In this document: piece by piece, positions 1 through 11,259 of the stretch
Layout of the letters: every line of letters begins with the position of its first letter
Position numbering within the stretch: position 1 is the first letter of the stretch
Assembly (NCBI GenBank): GCA_964016885.1
Contig: OZ024741.1
Location: 199,640,001-199,704,000, forward strand
From: Eledone cirrhosa
Lineage: Eukaryota
Direction: 5' to 3'
Length of the DNA stretch: 64,000 nucleotides
The notes under the pieces: model-generated
What the model was told of the DNA's origin: nothing
Seen by the model: only the letters and a program-made list of their open reading frames with translations
The model's database searches: none
Translations under genes and position numbers: made by a program

Positions 1-580
1 GTGTGTCATCAAATGTTGTACACACAGATTTTTTTCAATTTCCAATTGAGTTCTTAGCACGTGGCGTGAATTCCTTTCAGAGTTTATTGTCACGCGCATG
101 TATTGTTTTTTGGCGGTAATTCACTTCCTCATTTTTGAATCAGTTCGAGCACTTCTTTCAGAACTGCTGGACTGGCAACCTGACAGATACCTCAGGCACA
201 GAAAGTGATTATCGCTAAATGCTGATGTTGGTTAGATTATCAATATTAGTATTATTGGGGCACCCACTGATGAATTATAGGAGCCCACTTGAATATATAT
301 TGATTGATGGTATACAAGCTCCTACATAAACTGGTATAATTTCACCCAAATTGTAGGAGTTCTATAATGAAACGAGACGTCCGTCTGGGAAGAGATATAT
401 TAGATATATCTCATTTGAAATAATACAGCCAACTTTCCACGCAATACTTTTAGTTAGCACCCCGAACACATGATTGAGAATATAATCACTTATTTCCTAA
501 TGTTCGTTGAGTGAGTTGGAATTTGGCCGGAGTATCGCTAAAAAGCTTTCTCCGATATTGTATTTATATATATATATATA

Positions 581-992
581 ATACAGAAGACCCGCCTTGC
601 CTAAGTACAAAGCGAAACCTACAGTCAGTAGGCACCTCTTAACCAAAATACACCCCCGTCCCACTACCCTACCCCCAACCCCATCTACACCACCCCTCTC
701 GATGTAAAGTTATGTTGGTACCACAACATCCAGTCCTAAATAAATGAGGTCGTGTAGGTGTCACGACAAAAAAACACACAGTCCAAGCTGTAATGTGGCC
801 GTGTAGGTAACACGGTAAAAATCTCCCAGTCCACACTGTAAACGTGGTTGGTGTTAGGAAGTGCATCCAGCCGTAGAAAACTTGCCAGACAGTCCTACTC
901 GAGCAAGACAACCAATCTTGCCTCAAGTGGGACAATTCCCGTCTAAACCCATGATAGCGTGGAAGATAGACGTTAAACGATGATGATGATGA

Positions 993-995
<3 letters not shown>
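581..995 (+). mobile_element. 3' UTR/tail fragment of RTE-clade LINE
   Basis: Closely matches the sequence that follows the RTE ORF end at 63025-63550 and 62232-62610; ends in a (GAT)n tail. Confidence 0.75.
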
Positions 996-1076
<81 letters not shown>

Positions 1077-1458
1077 GTTATCCCGGGTTCAATGGGGGTA
1101 GCCACAGTAAGTAAGGTACTCAATACAAAGCGGAGGATAAATGTTTAATATAGAAAAGCTTCTAGAACCGTTTCACTCGTGAGAAATCATCAAGAAGCTG
1201 ACTGTCCAAGTAAATATGGTGGTATGTATGTATGTATGTATGGTGGTATGTATATATGTATGTATATATATATATGTGTGTATATATATGTATATGTATA
1301 TGTGTATATGTGTGTTTGTATTATTTTTTTATTATTATTACTATTATTCATGTTGTATTATTTTGTCACATATCCTCTATATATATATCCGTATATGTAT
1401 GCATGAGTCCGTGTACGTGGGTGTGGGTGTATGTGTGTGTGTATATATATATATATGC

Positions 1459-1526
<68 letters not shown>

Positions 1527-1849
1527 GTGTATATATGTATAATAGGGGGCGATATATATATCATATTGTATATTATTTTACATTGTATATTTTTTTTATG
1601 TTACGATAATTTACCTTTTTTATTGCATAATGTATTTTTAACTGTTTACTTACAGGTGTGTTTATATAAGTATATGTGGTGGCACTTTTGTGTGTGTAGG
1701 CAGATGTGCATGCGTGCAGGTGTATACTTGTGGCAACATGTAGCGTATGCATGTGTAGATGTATGTATATCGGCCTGTGCGTGGGTATTTGTATGTATAT
1801 GTGTGGATGTGCGTATGCATGTTAAGTTGTGCCTTTTCTTCTGTGTGTA

Positions 1850-1926
<77 letters not shown>

Positions 1927-2025
1927 ATGTACGTGTGTAGGTAATGTTTATGTACGTATGTGTATTCGTATGTATGTGTGAGAATACATCTGTGTATATA
2001 TGTGTGTGTATGTATGTATGTGTGC

Positions 2026-2062
<37 letters not shown>

Positions 2063-2200
2063 CACACATGTGTGTGTATATATGTATGTATGTATGTGTA
2101 TTTATGTGTGTATGTATATATGTGTGTGTATGAGTGTGTATATATAGAGAGAGAGATTTGAGTGCATGTATGTATATATATATACATACTACTGTACGTC
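996..2200. repeat. Compound (TA)n/(GA)n/(TG)n/(TATG)n microsatellite field
   Basis: Directly visible; it generates the YIYI/VCVC ORFs in the track. Confidence 0.95.
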
Positions 2201-2413
2201 TGTATACATATTTGTATGTACGTAAACATACTTATATTTAAGTAACAGCCGTTCTAAGAGTGAGAAACGAAATTTCGTTTCATTTTTTCCGTTTATCGTT
2301 TTCGGTACCCCAGCCGATTAACTCACTCGATATGCAAATTAGGCTGCTCAGCCGTTAATATGCATAAGGAAAGTATATACTTTCAGACGTTCAATCATCT
2401 GGCAGGAAGGTAT

Positions 2414-2456
2414 ACGTTGCTGACGATAGCTAATAAGCTTGAAACTAGTACAGCGT
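2414..2456 (+). ncRNA. Minimal type I hammerhead ribozyme motif
   Basis: acgttg-CTGACGA-t-agct-aata-agct-t-GAAA-ctag-TA-cagcgt: 6-bp stem I, 4-bp stem II, palindromic stem III (ACTAGT), GUA cleavage triplet. Confidence 0.75.
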
Positions 2457-3370
2457 TCCTTTGTCAGTGTTGAACAAATGAGCAACGATGGTTGCTAGAC
2501 ACTTTACGGCTTAATTCGGGATGTTTGTTTACAAACACACCGAGCATTATAATAAATGTTCGGTGAATCCATACGTACATATATATATATGTGTGCATGT
2601 ATGTATATATATATACATACTACTGTACGTCTGTATACATATATGTATGTACGTATACATACTTAGATTTATATATATATTTAAATGTATAGAAGGTTGG
2701 GCGTATGTGTGTGTGCGCGCGTATGTATGTATGTATATATGTGTACGTTTGAATAGGATATGCTTATCCTAATTGATACAGAGCGCGAAGTAAACAACCG
2801 TATGAAGGCTTGTGGCGATATGTATCAACAAGTGGGTGTGACTGGGTCCGTGGAAGTGAGGGAAAGAGGGTGTGTGAGTATATATACTTATGTGGGGGGG
2901 GTCTGCGCATGTAGGCGTACGTGTGTGAATGCTTAGATAGGTATGTGTCTGAATGTGTGTGTTTTTATGTGTGCATTCTAGTATGTGTGGGTGCTTACTC
3001 TGAAGTGTGAGAAGACGTGTGAAGTACTGAACCCAGCATGACTCCATTGAAATGTGTCGGACGGAAAATGGTTGATGAACCGTGTGGCAGCAGATACTGA
3101 CCAGAACTTGTGATGACGTGGAGTAAAAACAGCTAATGGCATGACAAGAGTAGATAGAGGGTTTTTTGAGGGTGTTGTTTTGATGATAATACCCCAGTGA
3201 TAAAACTTGCTCCGGACATAACACCCGTGTCTGAAAGAACCCGCAGAAGTAGAATCAGCCAGATCCACACAAGGACTATGACTCGAGCTGCATGCCGGCG
3301 AAACATTTGTAACACGAAATAAACTAAATCCAGATGCATCACTGATTTTTCGTTTTCTTTATTATATATA

Positions 3371-3920
3371 TAGGGAAGCAGAAAATTGCTTATTGTGATC
3401 CAATTCGTGGTTAAGAAAGCCAGTTTCATGGACGGTTTCAACGTACGGTTAGGGGTAACTCCACAAGTTTGTAAGCATTCCGTTCAATCTTGGAGTATAA
3501 AGTATAAAAGAGAAAACACAGGTAAGCATTAAAAAAAGGATTTTATCCAGGTATTTACGACCGTTTCATTGGTAAGTGCAACCTTATATTGCTATACTGC
3601 AAATAGCAGCCACTCGATAATAATTGTTGTTCACGTCCAAATTTTCAAAATAGTGAGTAAGTTACTCTTTAAAAGTTCTTAATATATAGAAAAACATTTT
3701 TTGGAATTGTATTTACTAGTATAGAGAGTGAGGAAGAGGAATTAGAAAGTGGAGGGACAAACGGCATAGTATAGAGAGAGAGAGAAAGGGGGAGAAGAGT
3801 TTGGAAGTAGAGTGACAAACTGAGATGGAGGGAGGGGTAGAGGTGGAAGGATTCCTTGATCAGTTTTGATACGTAGACTTCATGTCGTCGATTTATAGTG
3901 TAGTGAGTTAAATAGGACAA
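3371..3920. repeat. Dispersed ~550-bp repeat (second copy 45168-45700), probably PLE terminal-repeat derived
   Basis: Two highly similar copies, each next to a (TA)n tract; this copy adjoins a GIY-YIG fragment. Confidence 0.7.
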
Positions 3921-3934
3921 ACTAAACTCACACT

Positions 3935-4151
3935 CAGAAACAGAATGACAGTTCATCGCCAACAATTACGAGATCCAACCACGAGACAGATACCACTAAG
4001 CGCACATCTAGACATATGCGCAAGTAATAAGACACCCACATTCCAAGTCTTCCCATTTTACCTTTGCGCTGACAATACAACAGAACAAATACGAATAAAT
4101 AAGGAAAATATGTTTATTCAAAAATATAGACCACCATTAAATATGGTTTAA
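3935..4151 (+). mobile_element. Penelope-like (Neptune-type) GIY-YIG endonuclease C-terminal fragment
   Basis: RMTVHRQQLRD...PLSAH...YRPPLN aligns with the 26118-26582 ORF (RMTVHRSQIK...PLSEH...YGPRLN). Confidence 0.75.
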
Positions 4152-4998
4152 TATACATTATGTCAACGCCATAACATGCTAACCATCCAAACAGACACAT
4201 ACACACACATAACACCTTCTACTTTAGAAAATAAAAACCCGAACTAAATAAACCTTAACATGCGTTTGCGCTGACAATACAACAGAACAAATACGAATAA
4301 ATAAGGAAAATATGTTCATTCAAAAATATTTCTACTAACGGAATCATTTTCCTACACACACACACACACAAAATATATATTCTCTTCATCTTAACATGCT
4401 AACCATACTCCCTCACACACATAACACCCATACACACACACATATACCCCCCCCCCACACACACACACACAGACACAACCACACAAATAAACATACATAT
4501 CTCTACTTTCTTTATTTCAATAGAAAGTCTGAATTCTGACAACCCAAGGAACCAGCCATATTCACTGAACAATTCTCCCAATCCCATTTCTCTTGACCAT
4601 TATCTTTTGTTTGTCATAAAATTCTCTAAAAGGCTACAAAATAAATTCCCGAATACGGGCGCGAAATTTAATGAACTTGTTCACGTAACAGTCATAATTT
4701 CATTTATAACCAATCACATTACATTTATTGAAAAAAAAGTCTTTTTTTTTAAGTAAAAAGAAATTCAAACAAACTGCGTGAATGCTGATGTGCTTATTAA
4801 CGTGACTGCATCAACCAACCAAACTTCACTCATATATGAAAAAACAACCTCCCCCCCCCTCTGTTTGAAGAACTTTGTAACGCGAACTGGCGCGAAATTT
4901 ATTATAATTATTGACCAACCAATCAAATTACTTCTCTAAAAACCTGGCGTTTTGAGCCACTTTTTGCCATATAAAACAAGTAACATTGAAAGACCAAC

Positions 4999-5478
4999 CA
5001 GATGTGAGAAAAACCACAGACCCTCCATCTCAATTCTACTTTTGAAAAGCAGAAGAACTGCGAAACGGGTAAAGGAACCAAATAAATATATATATATATT
5101 TTAAAATAAGACTCTAGTTGCATTTTCGATTTCATCTTTTTTTCTTTATATATATATATATATATTAGAAAGTGAGGTTTTTTTTACAAAATGAAATATA
5201 ACCGAGGTGTCCTACATGAGTGAAAGTATAAAGAAAAAGAGATGGAATCGAAAATGCAACTGGAGTCTTATTTTTTTTTAAAATATATATATTTATTTGG
5301 TTCCTTTACCGGTTTCGCAGTTCTTCTGCTTTCAGATGTGAGAAAAACCACAGACCCTCCATCTCAACTCACCTTTTGAAAAGCAGAAGAACTGCGAAAC
5401 CGGTAAAGGAACCAAATAAATATATATATTTTAAAAAAAAATAAGACTCCAGTTGCATTTTCGATTTCATCTCTTTTT

Positions 5479-5485
<7 letters not shown>
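4999..5485. repeat. Three copies of a ~150-bp PLE-like terminal unit (direct 4999-5148, inverted 5227-5332, direct 5333-5485)
   Basis: 106-bp inverted arms 5227-5332/5380-5485 with one visible mismatch; the unit contains a hammerhead-like motif and ends at (TA)n. Confidence 0.8.
5372..5409 (+). ncRNA. Minimal hammerhead motif, U3-A8 core variant
   Basis: cctt-TTGAAAA-gcag-aagaa-ctgc-GAAA-ccgg-TA-aagg; palindromic stem III ACCGGT. Confidence 0.6.
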
Positions 5486-5541
<56 letters not shown>

Positions 5542-5608
5542 CAAATAACGAAACGAAATTAAATTTCGTTTCGTTTGTAACTCACTTTTGTATGACTGAC
5601 GCTTAAAC

Positions 5609-5960
5609 AATTAAATTAAAAATGTACATCCACATATGTATACTGAAATACTAGTATGCATATGAATACACACACGTGTACATATGTAGATGTACCGAGT
5701 TTTTCACTGGACACTTTACTGTGAGTGTCCAGCTATTCTGTATGTAAACACACAGACAAACCGGTTTTTAGAGTCATACTGGTTTTCGAGGAAACACCTT
5801 TCCTCTATTCTCCAGTTTGTCTGTGTGTTTACATACAGAATAGCTGGACACTCACAGTAAAGTGTCCAGTGAAAAACTCGGTACATCTACATATGTACAC
5901 GTGTGTGTATTCATATGCATACTAGTATTTCAGTATACATATGTGGATGTACATTTTTAA

Positions 5961-5967
<7 letters not shown>
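5609..5967. repeat. Fold-back element with 153-bp inverted arms (5609-5761/5815-5967)
   Basis: Arms read as exact reverse complements; 53-nt spacer; followed by (TA)n. Confidence 0.9.
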
Positions 5968-6000
<33 letters not shown>

Positions 6001-6419
6001 TAGATAGATAGATATATATAGATATACAGGGGGAGAGAGAGAAAATAAAATAAGTTAGGTAAATTATCCTTGGAGATGGAAAAAGGTGGTGGACGGATTT
6101 GTTAAACTCTACAATCTTTGAAAATGTGGTAAAACAAATAAAAAAGTATTCATGTTACGACATTTGGTAATAAAACATACTTTCAAATATATGAATTTGT
6201 AAAATGAAATAATTTTTGAATTTTAAAAATGATAACTTCTTTATAAAATAATTTAGGTTGAATTTTGTTTATTTATATTTTCCATTTATGTATTCAATTT
6301 AATATCCACAACAAACTGAAGTTACAGTTGTTCACAAATGAATTGTAAATTATTGAACAGGTATCTTTTTCTTCACCCACTTATTCCTGGAGGGTCATGG
6401 AGGCAGAGTGTCTTGATTA

Positions 6420-6425
6420 TTTATT
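6420..6425 (-). terminator. Candidate polyadenylation signal AATAAA for the M4 gene
   Basis: AATAAA on the minus strand ~35 nt after the stop codon; a second one at 6268-6273. The region is AT-rich, so a chance match is possible. Confidence 0.35.
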
Positions 6426-6459
6426 ATTGAAAGCAGTTATTCAATTTCTGATTATAACT

Positions 6460-8445
6460 CTAATAATAATCATAATCAGCACCTTCACAAATATGACTAT
6501 ATGTTATATAATCATGAACTGAATCAAGTATAGAATCAATAGCACAGCTATAAGTTACAACTGTATCAACATGTTCTAAAGTTTCAGTAGATTCTGGAGA
6601 CAATTTGATGAAAATTTTATATCCATCAAGCTTTTCTAATTGCACTTCTGATGTGCCTTCAGCCAACAATGTAATTGGATTTGAACTATTTTTCCCCTCT
6701 GTTAACATATTACTCTTTGATACTTTAATATTAACTTTTCCACATATACTAGAAACATTAATTGTAATATTACTAGCCCAGCTTGGATAAATAAAATCAA
6801 AGACTGGATTCACACCAGGTGCCACTTTAATACCTGAAATTGTTCTGTTAACTGACAACCTTCGAACATATTTCTCTACATCGCATGGCTTAATCCCCAC
6901 AAGTTCAAAAGATTCAACAAAGGGGGTTAGATCTTTGCCAAGATCATAAGCAACTTTCAACATATCACAAGCACCAGATGTAAAATCTGTATTAGGATGC
7001 CAGTAAATTTGATTAGCAATGAGAAAAACTCTGTATGCTTCTTTGATGTCCATTTTTGCTTCATGCACAATGTAATAAAAAATATAATTATATATGCCAC
7101 TTCCAAAATGAGGATCTGTACCCTCTGTGAAATTATCAATATGACTTATAGATATATTGTCCAAGGTAGGGTCATCCATATATCTCATTGCCAGGCTATT
7201 TTTCATGATGTTATAACCAATTAACCAATCATTTCCATTTACATAAAATTCAGTTATTTCACCTGTTATATCAGAAAAGGCTTCATTAATAGATCCAGAT
7301 TGATTATAATAAATCAATCCAGAATGTTGTTCTGTGAAACCATGAGCAAGTTCATGTCCAACAATATCAGCATCAGTCAAAGGATAAAGCATTTCATCTC
7401 CATCACCAAATGTACAATATTTACCATCCCAAAATGCATTTCCAAAATTAAAACCAAAATGAACACGCATGATAGCTTGATCCTTTAGTATGGTATCATT
7501 AAACCATTCTTGAAACATCTGAGATACCAAACTACCAAAATAGAAAGCATCAAGTGCAGGAGAGCTGGCTGTGTTAACAGTATCATTAAAACCAATGTTA
7601 CATGGGTAATACAAAGGATCTGTCTTATTAAAGTATTCAGAATCAAATACAAAGTCGTTCTGCATGTCAATAACCTTTACATAATTATTTTCAAGAAAAC
7701 ACGTCTCACCGATTTGAGTTAGAAAAGCTTTATTCCTTTTCTCACTGAACTTGTATATTCCTGATTTTTCATTACCGCCAGAACCAGTCAGTTCTCTGAA
7801 AATAGTATCTAAATTGTTCCATTTCCTCAGTACTTCTCCAGTGTTGCCATCAATAATAAATGTAGGCCGCTTAATTTCCTTTTCGTTTTCTATTGTATAA
7901 CTCATATAGTATACTAATCGTGATTTTTCCTGATTATCCAGAAAAATTGTAATCTTGTACGTTGGATCTATATTTTCATTTGCATAAATCTCATCTTCTT
8001 CAGCTTTAAGTGCAATGTGTAAGACATCTAACTGTGAAAGTTTTGGTTTGACACTTGTGAGATCATTTTCAATCCCTTGAATAATTATTCCTGTTGCATC
8101 GCCAGTCAGATGTCCATCCCTATCCACTGTAACAGTCAAGGAAGCATCAAAAACAGGAACACCTAAGTATTTCTCATTTAAGCGAAAAACCTCCGAACCT
8201 TCAGCTGTTTCAATGCGCTTTGATACTTCCACTTCTTCATACTTGTTCAAACCAAGTAGATCTCGAATGGTTACTTTACTTTTATCTAAATGACGCCTCT
8301 GAAATGGAGATGAAGGATGATAAACCATCCTCTTTGCTCTTTCATGTGCATCAACACGATAAGCTGCATCAGATGTCTTTATCAGCAACAAACCTAAAAA
8401 TGAAGACATTATAATTACCAATAACAAGAACATAATAGCTTTCAT
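6460..8445 (-). CDS. Secreted M4-family (thermolysin/vibriolysin/pseudolysin-like) zinc metalloprotease preproenzyme, 661 aa, uninterrupted CDS
   Basis: Hydrophobic signal peptide; FTP-like (RLNEKYLGVPVFD) and PepSY-like (RPTFIIDGNTGEVLRKWNNL) propeptide; mature start GSGGNEKSG; NAFWDG, FGDG, HELAH (7342-7356), GLIY, NEAFSD and DPHFGSG catalytic motifs; ~110-aa C-terminal extension. Confidence 0.95.
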   Translation of the reverse strand: MKAIMFLLLVIIMSSFLGLLLIKTSDAAYRVDAHERAKRMVYHPSSPFQRRHLDKSKVTIRDLLGLNKYEEVEVSKRIETAEGSEVFRLNEKYLGVPVFDASLTVTVDRDGHLTGDATGIIIQGIENDLTSVKPKLSQLDVLHIALKAEEDEIYANENIDPTYKITIFLDNQEKSRLVYYMSYTIENEKEIKRPTFIIDGNTGEVLRKWNNLDTIFRELTGSGGNEKSGIYKFSEKRNKAFLTQIGETCFLENNYVKVIDMQNDFVFDSEYFNKTDPLYYPCNIGFNDTVNTASSPALDAFYFGSLVSQMFQEWFNDTILKDQAIMRVHFGFNFGNAFWDGKYCTFGDGDEMLYPLTDADIVGHELAHGFTEQHSGLIYYNQSGSINEAFSDITGEITEFYVNGNDWLIGYNIMKNSLAMRYMDDPTLDNISISHIDNFTEGTDPHFGSGIYNYIFYYIVHEAKMDIKEAYRVFLIANQIYWHPNTDFTSGACDMLKVAYDLGKDLTPFVESFELVGIKPCDVEKYVRRLSVNRTISGIKVAPGVNPVFDFIYPSWASNITINVSSICGKVNIKVSKSNMLTEGKNSSNPITLLAEGTSEVQLEKLDGYKIFIKLSPESTETLEHVDTVVTYSCAIDSILDSVHDYITYSHICEGADYDYY

Positions 8446-9011
8446 TTTTTTTTTCTTATTTAGTCTTTAAAGGCAATTTTCTGACAGTATGATAAATAAG
8501 CAATAAGGACAAGCATGTATTCATTTTAATAAGACTGGTTACAGTAGTGAAGTAAAAGAAATATAAGTTTACAAATAACTATCAACTCTGTTAGAGCAGA
8601 CAATGCAACTCAATCAGCCACCATGTTGTCAACAGCTGGTTGTATCTATAGCTACAAATTTATTGGGTAATGTAAATATAAGTCAAACTGTTACTATATA
8701 TATATATTCATCATCATCATCATCGTCATATATATATATACATATAATAAGAAGTGTAAATCAACAGGTTAAAATTAACTTCAATTATTCATAGTTGCTT
8801 TTATATATATTTCGATGATAAATATTATGCAACAGCTATGACCTCATCATACAGCTAGAATTTGAACAGAGAAACACTTCTTATTTATAAATATATTCCG
8901 GAGTAAATAAACCCACCTGCACACTTCGTCGAGTGCTCTACCCTGCATACAGAAGTGTCAATAATTAACCAACACAGACTCGAATTAATTATATATATAT
9001 ACACACATGTA

Positions 9012-9268
9012 TGAGTATTTTGTATATCTAGCGATATTGGTATGTTTATGAATAAACATTTTGAAATCTTTCAGCTATAAATTTTGGAAACTGTCTTGAT
9101 AATGACCAGAGTCAGAAACAATGTTCGTCATTGACAGTTTACCACCCTTACTTCTCCTGGAATCCGCTAGATGGTGCTGCATCATCAGTTTCTAAAATTC
9201 TGAACTGAAGCCTTTCAAAATGTTTATTCATAAACATACTGTATATCGCTAGATATACAAAATACTCA
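9012..9268. mobile_element. Fold-back element (arms 9012-9066/9213-9268) with a hammerhead-like motif at 9088-9140; partial second copy 60779-60935
   Basis: ~55-bp inverted arms; spacer aaactgtc-TTGATAA-tgac-caga-gtca-GAAA...TT-gacagttt; shared sequence with 60779-60935. Confidence 0.65.
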
Positions 9269-9344
9269 AACTTATATGCATACAGTTATGTTAGAATGAA
9301 CACCCTAATTCTATACATATATCTATCTGTCTATCTATCTATCT

Positions 9345-10045
9345 AGGACAGGTAAAATTCCCAAGGTCCGTGGACAAGTTCTCTCCAGCGGTCCCTGTCC
9401 TTCATCATTGCTGCTATGTCCCGCATCTCCCAGAGACCAGTGTCTGTCCTTAGGGCATCAACATATGTAATCCTATGTCTCCCTCTTCCTGTGTGTCCAT
9501 GTAGGGGCTCCCACAGGACCACTGAGTGCAATGTCAACTCTGAATGTCGGTGAGCATGCCCAACTAACCTATCTATTCTGTCTCACTTTAAAGCTGACTT
9601 TTGGGAGGCTCCTGTACAGCTCTGTTCTTCATCCTCGGTGTATACCGATTAATGTTCAGAGCCATCCACAGCATTCTTGTGAAGTACCCATCCACCATCT
9701 GAGAGTGTGTCTTGGTCAGTGTCCAAGTCTCAGATCCATAGAGCAGCACAGTCTCCACTGTAGCAATGAAGAGATGGATCTTCAAGTCTTTGAGGGTCTG
9801 ACTTCCACACCAACCTCAAACTATGACATGCCACCCAGGCTTTGCTCTTCCTCTCAACCACATCATCCTCTACATTCCCAATCTTTGCTCCCAGATACAG
9901 GAAGTCCTCAACCAGCTCTAGTGGCTTCTCGCCCACATTCATATTCTTCTCCGGCTCCTTGATGTTCTCTACCAGATACTTTGTATTACTCTCATTCATT
10001 CTCAGCCCCTTACATATCGACACAGTCTCCAGCACATGAAACACT
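9345..10045 (-). mobile_element. RTE-like LINE 3' fragment (RT C-terminus), frameshifted
   Basis: FLYLG, LLYGSETW and LWEP.HG..GRGR motifs; homologous to 41697-42315. Confidence 0.85.
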
Positions 10046-10599
10046 TGATGAAACGCATATATATACTAGCTGGCCCCGTGCCGTCAAAAATGACGGCTAA
10101 AGGGTAGATGTGTATTTGTATATACCTTTCAACTGTGGTCATTTTATATTCTTGATAATTCTAATTTATTTCGATATTGCTAGGGACTTGGCTCCTTGGA
10201 CAACACATACACAGATACACTCACACACATACACTTACCCACAAATACACTCACACACACATACACTCACACACGCATCCACTCACATACACATCCACTC
10301 CCAAAAGTGTAGCCAATCTAAGAATGCTGGTTAAAAATAATTATTACATACACACACACACATCATCACAAATATATACATAAACAGACTTAGAGAAAAT
10401 AATTATTACATGCACACACATATATGCGTGTGAATATGTGCTGTGTGAGTGTGTGTGTGCACGTGTGTATGTGTATATGTATCCATTTATCTTTTTGTGT
10501 AACTCAGGTGTAGCAAACACTGTTCCCTGTTTTCTATAGTTTGTCACAGCCCCCTTCCTTTCACACTCATCACATAGATGTGTGAGTATGTAATCATTA

Positions 10600-11259
10600 T
10601 CTAAACTATAATAAAGTAAGAAGCGCGGGACTGCGTACAGTTTATAATTGTTTATCCCATTAGTAAAATAAGTTGGATTACTTTGAATAAATAATGAATG
10701 AATATTACATAATTTATCTACTAAACTTCGTGGTTGTTCATTAAATATATTTTATTATTTATTTAAAGATTCACTTCTTTAAAATTTTCAAATTTCAACA
10801 CTTCCAGTGGCGATCGTTTAAATAAACATACTAATTTTCTGTCACTAATTTTCTCCTAATACAGTTTATATATAATTGTTTCTACGTTAGGCACAAGGCC
10901 AGCAATTAACCAGTGCATTACTGGTACTTTATTTTATCGACCCCGTAAGGATGAAAGGCAAAGTCGACCTCAGCGGGATTTGAAATCAGATCGTAAAGGG
11001 ACGTAACTATGCTGGAAAGCATGGCGTCCGACCCTCTACCGATACTGCCAATCCACCGCGTCTTTTTTAATGTATCGTGGATTACGTTACTGATTACATA
11101 AGACAGTGTAACGCAGTCTTCGTTCAATTTCTGTGTATATTGTCAATTACGATTTTATTTGACGAATCATATCTACATGTATATATATATGCATATAATA
11201 TCAATATACACACTACACATGCTAGCAGAAAACCACCCTTCGGGCTGTTTTTCTGCTAG
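10600..11259 (+). mobile_element. Second non-autonomous Helitron nested in the first, itself carrying a SINE
   Basis: Starts TCTAAACTATAATAAAG; ends with a ccc-ttc-ggg hairpin followed by CTAG; A|T target. Confidence 0.6.
10873..11058 (-). mobile_element. tRNA-derived SINE family B
   Basis: A box TGGCAGTATCGG, degenerate B box, conserved body GCCTTTCATCCTTACGGGGTCGATAAAATAAAGTACCAG. Other copies at 20945-21230 (+), 21722-21905, 30845-30937, 31751-31945, 39657-39768 and 56900-57060. Confidence 0.85.

Noticed and set aside
1157-1199. Hammerhead-like motif on the minus strand (also 3551-3655, 23121-23160, 44615-44705 and 45351-45455)
   Set aside because: Uncompensated core changes and/or stem I cannot form next to the cleavage site; treated as decayed and not called.
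923-2772. Many ORFs rich in YI/VC/HT dipeptides (also near 24200-24930, 26650-27370, 29560-29850 and 40930-41330)
   Set aside because: They are translations of (TA)n/(TG)n microsatellites, which lack stop codons; not genes.
2769-3441. Overlapping 96-151 aa minus-strand ORFs
   Set aside because: No recognisable domain motifs; partly low-complexity; probably decayed repeat sequence.
6605-8414. Short ORFs overlapping the M4 CDS
   Set aside because: Antisense or alternate-frame shadows with no recognisable motifs.
6460-8445. Bacterial contaminant contig as the explanation for the M4 gene
   Set aside because: No neighbouring bacterial genes, operon or Shine-Dalgarno; composition matches the flanks, which carry animal repeats within ~0.5 kb. 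Read-level confirmation is still needed.
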